A stretch of 64,000 nucleotides of DNA. It comes from Microbotryum violaceum (taxonomy: Eukaryota). The notes below the pieces were generated by a model, which was not told the origin of the DNA, did no database searches, and was given only the letters and a program-made list of their open reading frames with translations. The translations under genes and the position numbers were made by a program. Where the stretch lies: positions 2,619,591 to 2,683,590 of the forward strand of contig LN717261.1 of the NCBI GenBank assembly GCA_001244265.2, written 5' to 3'. Below, piece after piece: positions 54,810 to 64,000 of this stretch. Position 1 is the stretch's first letter, and each line of letters opens with the position of its first letter.

Positions 54810-55721
54810 ATGTTCACTCCCTCGAACGCACCGGCCAAACTTCCCGCCCGCCAAGCACCGCGCCAAGTCGGTCCGGCCGACACGGGCATCGGACGGCATT
54901 GGAAGACCCAACTCGTCTCGGCCGTACACTTCCTCAAGCAGCACGCCCGCCCCATCCGACTCGAGGACCTGGCATTGCTTTCGGGTGTCGAGGCTTTGTT
55001 GTCAAATGCGGAACTGCTGAGCAACTTCAGGAGTCATGAAAAGGTCGTGGTCGATGACAAGACGGGCCTGTTCAGCTACAAGGTGCGGCACGAGTCACTT
55101 TTGGGGGGGACCAGGGTACGCGCATCCCGTGGCTGACCTTTCTTTACCTATCCCAGCCCGACTATGACATCAAATCCAAATTCGACCTCGAGAACTTGGT
55201 CATGCGCTACTCGAGTCGCGGTGGCCTCTCGGTCAAGAACCTGCGCGCGTCTTGGCCCAACGTCGTCCCCGCGATCGAAGAACTAGAACAAGAAGGTAAG
55301 GTCTACGTCACTCGGACGGGAGGCTCGGCCGAACGAGAAGGCGCTATGAAGGCCGTTTTCCGGAACGAGTTCCCCAAACGACCCCGAATCGACGACGAGT
55401 TTTTGAACCTGTGGAAGAAACTGAAGGCGCCGACCAAGGAGGAGTTGAGCGTCCAACTGAACGAAGGTACGGGGCACACCCAATCGGTCTAGGTCTACTT
55501 TGATCGTGAACTCTACTGATGCAGTATTGTACCTGCGCTCAATAGCCGGTCTCACGACGGCCTCGACGGTCGCGTCCGATTTGCCGAGGAATCAGAACAA
55601 GAACCCGAGGGGTAAAGGGCGCAAGGGACCCGGCTCGGCGAATCGGAGGATCAAGTTGACCAATACACACTTGAAGGGCAAGGTCGACCTGTCCAAGGAT
55701 TACACACCTCCGGGGAGGTAG
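54810..55721 (+). CDS. TFA2: Transcription initiation factor IIE beta subunit, 3 exons
   Basis: TQLVSAVHFLK, FSYKPDYDIKSK, GGLSVKNLRASW, IDDEFLNLW and RRIKLTNTHL...DLSKDY. Introns about 55083-55156 and 55468-55545. Confidence 0.9.
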
Positions 55722-56189
55722 ATGGTGGTGGGGACCGAGTGGTGGGTACTTGCTGTGCGAGGTTCAAGGGGTTTGTTGTCTGGGAGATGTATGTTGTATT
55801 CATTTTGTGTGGACTCCAATGAAGCATTTAAGAGTGGACCGAAACCATGTTCCCGACGAGGAGCGCCGAGGAGCGCCAAGGAGCGCTGAAGACATATGCA
55901 CTTGCACGGGGGTTGCTGGGGTTGTCCGGTGCTGGAAGACCCCAACCATGTGCAGTGTTTTTTGAATTAACCCGAGTCCTATCGTGGACTGGTCCTAGTA
56001 CGCTCTACTCGGAGCGAGGCTCGATCACGAACTCTTTACGAACCAACTGAGAGGAGCGCCTGAGCTCGCGAGTGCCGAGCTGCCGCCCTTCCTACTCCTT
56101 CCTGCTCCTTCCCTCCCCTCCCCCTCCCCGTCTCTTTCTCTCTCCAATTCAATCTCCAACTCAAGCTCCAGCAGCAGCTCCGCTCAGCC

Positions 56190-59100
56190 ATGACGCAGCT
56201 GACCTTGCTCGAGGACAAGACGGTCGAGCAACTGAAGCAGATGGGCTTCCCCGCCGCTGATGCGGTCCGAGCTGTGCGGGTCAGTTCCATCATCGTCATT
56301 CCAGCTCGAGTCGCCGTCTACGAGATCGCAGTGAACCTGATCAGCTGCCCGAGCCTGTCTCTGAACTTCCTTTACAGCGCAAGGGCACTAATTTCGATCA
56401 TGCTTTGGATGCCCTTCTGAGTGGCGAAAACCTTGGAGATGATACCGACATCATCGTTGATACATCATCATCACCGGCACCAGCACCATCACCAGCACCG
56501 GCCGCATCTGCTGCGACGACAGCCAAGACGACCAGCGATGAACACCCGTACGCCGATGCCGACGAGGACAGATTACCTCCTCCTTATGGACCTAGCTCGG
56601 CATCCTTTGGCCCCCCTCAAGATTACCATGAAGCAAGACCTGCTTCGACCGCACTCGTCCCCTTCAAGTCTCGTAAGCGATTCGATTCGGGCACGTGCCT
56701 CTCCTCCTTCCCTCCGCACACTGACTCCCTCCTCCCCCCCTTGCATAGCCCGATCGAAGTGGTCCCCCGACGTTGATCTAACCCTCGACGAAGAGACCGA
56801 CCCCATCAAACCCTACGGCGGTTTCGACCCGCACCAACTCGCCGACGCGCTCGAACAATCGACCAAAGCAGGACGGAGATTCAGCCTCGGGCCGGCTTCG
56901 TCCTCTACTGCGACGCTCGGTCCCTCTTCGAACGATGAGGAGTCTGATTATCAGAGAGCGATTGCGATGAGCATGCAGGAGGCTGAGATGGCGAGTTCTA
57001 ACGCAAATATGGTCACTTCCACTGCGATGGGCACCGATACCAAGATGATCGGGCCCGACGAACAGCGCAAATCCGGGGCGGAGTCGACGCAGAACCGCGG
57101 GCTCGAAGCAGGCGACGATGATATCGAAAAGGCCATCTCGTTGAGCTTGGGCGATTTGAGGGATCAAATGGGACCGGGCGGAGCACCCATTGCGGCCATC
57201 AAGCCAGAGGATAGGATCCGACAACCCGATCAAGGGTGAGTCTCGGGAGGAGCTCGCTGCTTCGGAGCTCCCAGTCTGACCTCCGCCCGTTGGCTCCACA
57301 GACCCGTAATCGTACGATCGACCTCGGCGCTCCTCGGCCTTTTGTCGTCCTTCATCCAATGCCTCTACGCCGTTCCGACTTGGCGCAAAGCCGTGCTCGA
57401 GTTCAGGCCGAACCAATTCGACCTCGGATGCTCCAAATCCTTGCAGGGCATATGGGATGGCACCGAACCACCGGCTTTGGAGGGCACCGCAAGGGATGAG
57501 AAGGACCCGGTATGGGGTCAGTTGGTGTTCAATATTTGTGGTGAGACTGTTGGCCTGGCTGATCACAGGCTTACTCTCCCCGCAGCCCTCATCGCGATCC
57601 AACGCCTCTTTGCCCTGATGCAAGAAACGAAGCGTTCCTTCCTCCACATCACCGAAGCGACCCAAGTCCTCGACCCCAACGGCCTCCTCCTTCTACCTAC
57701 CCGCATCGATGCAGTTGAAGACGTATCGACCATGATCGAAGGTTTGATCAGCACCTTCCGATTGTATTCGACCCTCGACGCCAAGCCATTGCCTTTGGAT
57801 GAACGACCATTGGCTGTTCAAAAGGTGGTGCAGAGATTCTCGTTGTCGGGCAAGACGTTTAATAACAATCCGGTGTCGCTTGCTGAGCCGCTGGACGAGA
57901 ACATGGCGTACCCGATTGGGGATAGTATTGCCGTACGTGTATGAAAATTGGCCTGCGTCGACGGAACCTACACTCACAACGACCATCTCTGAAAATCACA
58001 GATCCTTCGGCTACGAGTCCCCACCTTCTTCGTCGGTGTCTCCGCGCCTACGTTGTACCAGTTTATTGACGCGAACCTCAATGAACTACCTTTACCCTCG
58101 ACAGGGAAACCCGCCTCGTTCAGCCTGATCACGCAATTCTCTCAATCGCTTATCGTACGATTGGATCGTTATGAAGAAGGCATCATCTCCTTGGATGACT
58201 TTGGCTCGTCTTCGATCCACGAAGCACTTTCCAAACACGGCGAGGCGAACGTGAGCGTAGGCGCCCCGAGGAAACGAAGTCGACGAAGCGTCAAGTTTGA
58301 AGAAACGCTTTGGTTGGATCGTTATGATGCTTCGAGGAGGCTTGAGATTGCGCAAAAGATAGCTCTGGTGTGTGATTTGAGGAGGCAGGTGGAGGATTTG
58401 GAGAGGATGAGGAACAGGTGGAGTAGCACTCTGGAGGGGAAGGAGGCGTTGGGGTTGATCAGGGACACGAGGGAGTATTTGAACAAGGACGAAGGAGAGG
58501 AGGATGCGGACGATGTAGGAAAAGAGAGGAGGAAGAGGTTGAAGATCGTCTATGAGAAGATTGAGCAAGAGGTACAGAAGAAGATTCGAGGGTGCGATGA
58601 GGTCATTGAGGAATTGAGGGAGACGATCGACGCAACGTTCGATAGGGACGAGTGGAAAAGAAGGGGACCTTATGAGTTGAAGGCCGTGTTGATGAGGAAT
58701 GGTTTGAATGGGAGGGGTAGTTCGTGGGCTGTGGTCAAGGAGGAGGGCAAGTGGTGGAGAATCAAGGATCTGGAGAAGGAAGAGGTGACTGGAAGGCTAA
58801 TGTCCCTGCTTTGAGTGAGATCATGGCTGATTGCGGTAGTTGCCACCCACAGGTCTCGTTCGAGCAAGTCGTCTCTGATCCGTCAGGTCTGATGATGAGC
58901 GCTGGCGCGACGTTGCTCTTTTACGATAACCCCAAATTTGCACACGGCAACGACGGCTCCGGAGCCGACACCTCCATCACGATCCCTTCCGTCCTTCGTT
59001 CCCTCATACTCCAAGACAACCACAATTTCGCTTCCGAATTACCGACCGAAATTGTCGAGACGTGGACGCCGCCTCTCGAACGCTTGCCACCGACACCTCC

Positions 59101-60726
59101 CATGGCGGAAGAAGAACCCTGGGTCGACCGACTCTCAGGCCCTGCGACGCCTCAGATGGAGCTTGCGCCTCCTTCACCGCCCCTCTGCGTGAGAGGCCCT
59201 CTCACCACTGCCGAAGACGTGATCGAGATCTTGCCCCCTACCGAGACGAATTTGACACCTTCTTCGCCTGTTGCTGTCGACCTTGCCATTGATGATGACT
59301 CAACGGTGACGGCCGACTTTAAGAACATTGTCGATTCGCCCAAAGCTATGGTGGCACGGGAGACTTCGATGTCTGCGGGTGCATCGGTCGTGGCTGTTGA
59401 TGAGCAAGCTGATGCACTGCGATTACGGGGAGGTGCCGCGGATGATGTCGAGATGGAGAGTGGAGAAGAGCAGGAATATTCCGATGATAAAGACTTTGAC
59501 GACGACGAGGAGGAAGTCGAATTGGGTCTACTGCAACCCATGTCGGCGCGGGATAAGGAATGGAACATTGATTTCGCGATTGGGAAGGTCAGTGGGAAAC
59601 CGGTGTGGTTGGATCCTCGGTCCCCACTCGAAAAGAGTCAGGTCGCATGCCCCAAGTGTGGGAAGACGATGACGATGTTGTTGCAGGTCAGTACCACTTC
59701 GCTGTTGGTCAGTCTCGGACGTGTAACTGATCTCTCCCTTCTTGGTAATGAAGGTCAATTCCCCGACGACACCCGACCGCATGCCGCAGCCCGATCACTC
59801 TTTGTCTTCGCGTGTCCAAGGAAGGAATGCTCGAGCAAGGATGCGGGCAAGGCGATGAAGGTGTGGAGGGTGCAGATGCCTAGTCCGAATGAGTTTTATC
59901 CGCATACTGAGGAGACGCAGAAGAGGAGGAGGGAATTGGGTGAGTAAGATTCGAATTGGGGAAAGACCTGAGACATGTGTGGTATGGCTGACTTGTGGGA
60001 ATTATGCGATGGTTCCTGCAGAAGCTGCATTGGACCCTACTACGGCTTTGGCGGGATCGGTAGATGCTGCGCCTTGCATGTGGCCAGAGTGGGATGTCAT
60101 ATGCGAGTCCGAACCTTATGAGGATTCCTACCTAGGTGAGTTGAGGAGACGTCCTTACGTTGCAAATGTTTGTGCTTGCTCACCATCGATCTTTGAGATG
60201 GAACAGAGTCGGATCGACAACCCACCGAAGGCGCCGCCGAAGACGCCGACTTGCCCGACACCCAATCCGGCGTCGACAAGGCGTTCCTCACATTCCAAGA
60301 ACGTGTCGAACGAGTGCCCAAGCAAGTACTGCGCTTCTATCGATTGCCAGGTGAAGAGGAACCTCAACCCTTATGGGCGAACAAGAAGAAGGTCACGTCG
60401 GATCAGGTGCAGCCTTGTTCGTTGTGTGGGGCCAAACGACAGGTCGAATTCCAGGTGAGTTGCGGACGTGAGCAACTATCAGAGGAAATGTCATGCTGAC
60501 GAGAGCTTGGGGTCTGAACTTATAATCCCAGATCCTCTCGACGCTACTTTCCTTCCTCAAAGACGACCACTTCTCCTTCGACTCGCTCCTCGTCTTCACC
60601 TGCGTCGAGAATTGCGCTATCCCCGACGCCGGATCGAACAAGAGCGGCTGGGCGGAAGAGGTGCTCATCTCTCAGGACTTTGATCAACACGGCGTTCGAT
60701 TCGGTCGTGCCGCCCCAGAGTATTGA
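56190..60726 (+). CDS. UBA + two UIMs + catalytically dead USP-like domain (Rup1/Ucp6-like), fused in frame via LRLRGG to a PDCD2/Tsr4-family domain, multi-exon
   Basis: VEQLKQMGF (UBA). DYQRAIAMSMQE and DIEKAISLSL (UIMs). FIQCLYAVP and YELKAVL...WWRIKD...LLFY (USP fold lacking catalytic Cys and His). GKVSGKPVWL, CPKCGKTMTMLLQ, RSLFVFAC, FQERVERVPKQVLRFY and CSLCGAKRQVEFQIL (PDCD2). Confidence 0.8.
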
Positions 60727-60924
60727 AATTCCATGCCATGAAATGAAGGAACAGGAATGGTCAAAGTAGTAAAAATATGGGAATAAAGAGGGAAGAGGCT
60801 AATTCGTGGAAAGTGGGGGGGGGGGGGGAAATAAAACTAAGGGGTGGACCGTGTCCGCCATAAAAGTGGGTGGAAGACGAAGGAATTGATCAAGAGAAAA
60901 GAAGTGTCTATAAGATGCTCGAGC

Positions 60925-63719
60925 TCAATCGGCGTTCGTAACTCTCAAAGCCGTTGAAGCGCGCGAAAGCTTCGTCCTCGAAGTGTCGGATCGTACCACG
61001 TCGACGGAAGGATGACTCGCATAACCGCCTTCACCACCACCGTTGGCTCCGATCCCGGTGAAACCCATACGGGAATCGAAGGATGAATTCCGGCTTCCTG
61101 AAGCGGAGCGGGGGTAGAACTTCATGAAGGCCGCTTCGGGGAGGTCGGAATCGCCTAACATCGCGACGCCGTATTCTTGAAGTGAAGGTAAGGGGCGTCC
61201 GGTGCCCGAGGGCAGGCCTTCAGGAGCCGCAGCGCCAGGTGGGATCGAAGGGCCTACAGAGGAAGCCTGGAGGTTCGGGCGGCGCGACCGCTGCGAAGGT
61301 GTACGAACGGTGTAGGTGTCGGCGTAGGAGGAATTGGAATCGGCTCGATACAAGCCAGCGAGGAAAGGGATCGATTTGACTGATGCGCTGAGAGACGGGG
61401 AGATGGCATCTAGGATCGAGGTCTTCTTGCGTTGCGTTTCGATCGAGCTTGCTGAAGCGGCCTCGACGAAACCTCCTGCCCCGACCCGACCAACCACGTG
61501 GGACTGACCCATCTCGCCTACGCGCTGGTGGTCTGAGAAGGGGTCTGGTGATGCGGCATCAAAGACCGCACCCGTCGACGCATCGCCATCCTGATCGTGT
61601 TTACCGCGGTAGTAATCGTCGACGTGACCATTGTTGGCCGACATCGCGCTACCTAACGAGAGCTGGCGAGCTTGCACAGGTCGGGTGTACACCAGGCTCG
61701 AAACTATAGGCGCAAATTGATTACTTCCACCACGGGTCATGTCCAGCGGTGTATCTGGTACTTCGTGTCGCGTCTTTTGAGAATTGCGGCGCCGGATGAA
61801 GATCGCGGCGACACCAACGAGAGCAACGAGACCGACCAGTGTGCCCACCGAAGCGGCAATCGTTTTCGTCTGCTGCGCGGCCTTACTCGACGCTTCGTCA
61901 TCCTGCGTAGAAGCAGATACGGGGGGAACTGCTGCGACACTACTGGCGCTCGATGACGTCGTGAGTGTGTCCTCGGCGGGTGTCGTCGCAGGGGCTTGAG
62001 TCGGCTGCGCAGAATACGTTGTTGTAGCCCAGGGGATCGTCGAGGTCGTGTCGGCTGCGGCCTGTGACGTTGAGTGGTGCTTTTTCTTCTTCTTCTTCTT
62101 GGACTTGGTCGTGGCTCTATGGCTCGTCGTATTCTGCTTCGAGAAGGATGTGGAAGATCGGACAGACGAAGTCGTCGTTACGGGCCTAGGCGCGACTGCG
62201 GACTCCCCATGGAACTGGGGTGTGAATGAGTACTCGCCCTTGCTTTCGTCGATAGTAAAGAACGAGATAGAATCGGAGGGCGATCCAGTCGACGTGTCGA
62301 TTCCGAATGCGAACACGACCGTCCCTGAAACGAGTCGGGTTGCTGTGTGCCATGCCCGGCTAGGGGAGGCGAGAGACGAGTGGCGATTGCGGATCAGAGT
62401 GGACCAGGTCCATAGAGCGGTATCCGAGTTGAGGTCGCTGGGAGGCGTAAGCAGATGAATATCGTTCAGGACGGCGTGGTCTTCGCGGATTCCACCATGC
62501 ACCAGCACGGCTCCGGAAGGGACAGCGATCGCGACATGGCCCATTCGGGGCGAAGGAGGGGTGCCTCTTGCGATCTGCAGTGAGCTTGCGTTGTATCAGC
62601 AGGTGTCATGAGTGGTGAACCAGGAGCATGCGGCCTCGAACTGACCCTTTTATTCCATATTTTCAGTCTCGAATCAAAGACAAGAATTTCTGAAAACGGA
62701 GCGAGACCTCCGTGAGCAGTCTGGCCGCCCAGAATGGCGACAAAGCGTCCACCCTCAAGCACAGTCGCCGTGTAATCGCTGACGGGTGGTTCAAACGTTT
62801 TGGCACTTGTGCCACTCGGCGCTGTCCACGCAAATGACTCGACCTCATTCTGGCCATGGTGATTCTCTGTCGTCGAGTATCGATCGATACCGAGGTAGCC
62901 GATCGTCTCGTCGGAGCAAGTATATTGTTCCGCGATGCCGCCAAAGACGTAGATATCATCTGATCGTGCCGTGGCGTTGTAGATCGCCACTGCTTGCGCT
63001 TGACGACGACGAGGCGGCGTATGAGAAACTATCTGCGGTACGGTCCACTCGGCGCCGACCTCGATGGTGTCAGAGAGAGTGAGATTGCTCATGTCCAGCC
63101 GATGGACGGTATGATCGTGCTCGCAGTCCTCTGTGACCCCACCAATGACCCAAACTCTGCCACGATCATCGATTGCAGACGCGACCCACGCAAGTGGATC
63201 AAGGTCTTCCGAAACGCTCGAAACGGCGAGCGGGTTAAGGATTCTGGTCGAGGGGCGACTGTTCCAGACAATCGAGTTGGCAAGGTTGAAAACAAGCACC
63301 TCGTTCGTCACAGTTGTCCCATTCTCGCCTAACTGTCCTCCCACAAAGTAGAGCAAGTTCGTCTCTTGGACGTAGATGGCCGAATGACCGTATCGACCTT
63401 CGACGGCTATCGGATTGGGCGAATGTTCCACAACAGTCGCATTCGAGCTGCTGTTGTGCGCCCCGCCTGGCGGTGTGGCAGGTGCTTTCGGGTGCGGCGA
63501 CAACCGAATGGTACGATTCCCTGCTCGTGCCACCAACAACTGTTGAGGGGCGACGTCGAACGGCTGAGGCCCACGCCGAAGGAGCGAGCCGCGAAGTGCT
63601 TTCAACGGCGAGATGATCGCGGCATTCGTCGAGACGGAGGCCGTGGCCGCGATCAATGTGAGCGCGAACAAGCGATGGCCTCGACGGCGCCGACACGATG
63701 GCGATGTCATGGGAGCCAC
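60925..63719 (-). CDS. Kelch-repeat single-pass membrane protein (signal peptide, propeller, Ser/Thr stalk, transmembrane helix, cytoplasmic tail); intron about 62579-62645
   Basis: RYGHSA...YFVGG, VWVIGG, IYVFGG, RMGHVA...VHGG and RAWHTA. Transmembrane segment IAASVGTLVGLVALVGVAAIFI followed by RRR. Confidence 0.82.
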
Positions 63720-64000
63720 GGTATGTTAGTTTGTGTTGATACACGCGAAGCCACTTGATCTGTGGTTGTGGCGGAGTGCGTTGAGGGCGAGGAGGTGCTG
63801 GGGGCGGGCGCGCTTCGCGCACTCCGAAAGCGATCATCGTCACTCAACACTTCGGTTTCCTGGGCACGCGTACTCGCCGCTTGGCCGCCCCCCTTTATAA
63901 GAAAGAAGCCAAGGCGTGACCCTCGAGCTCCCTCGAGCCTGCGCTAGATTATAGGGGACATGGCCTCCCATCTTCGAGTTGAGATGCACAGCCACCCTAT

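Overview
Intron-rich eukaryotic DNA from a basidiomycete fungus, probably Pucciniomycotina (Microbotryum-like). The taxon is inferred from the splice signals, the transposon set and the TCG-biased mutations. Bases 1-17 kb hold housekeeping genes: glutamyl-tRNA synthetase, a Zn2Cys6 transcription factor, GAA1, an MSC7-like aldehyde dehydrogenase, TRM8 and an MFS transporter. Bases 17-54.7 kb are a nested transposon field. It contains a KDZ transposase relic, a MITE, Helitron derivatives, a chromoviral Ty3/gypsy element nested in a decayed copia, a tRNA-like gene, two L1/Tx1-type LINE copies and a Rep/helicase Helitron with further Helitrons stacked at its 5' end. An intact GAPDH gene sits as an island in the middle. 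Bases 54.8-64 kb hold TFIIE-beta, a UBA/UIM/pseudo-USP gene fused in frame to a PDCD2/Tsr4 domain, and a Kelch-repeat membrane protein. The most striking observations are the bare ubiquitin-tail motif (LRLRGG) joining that fusion (a candidate DUB-cleaved polyprotein), the serial Helitron insertions into each other's first bases, and a tRNA-like gene with a TTA anticodon beside stacked LINEs. Several single-base losses in C/G runs look like assembly errors. Coordinates were read by eye and exon boundaries are approximate.
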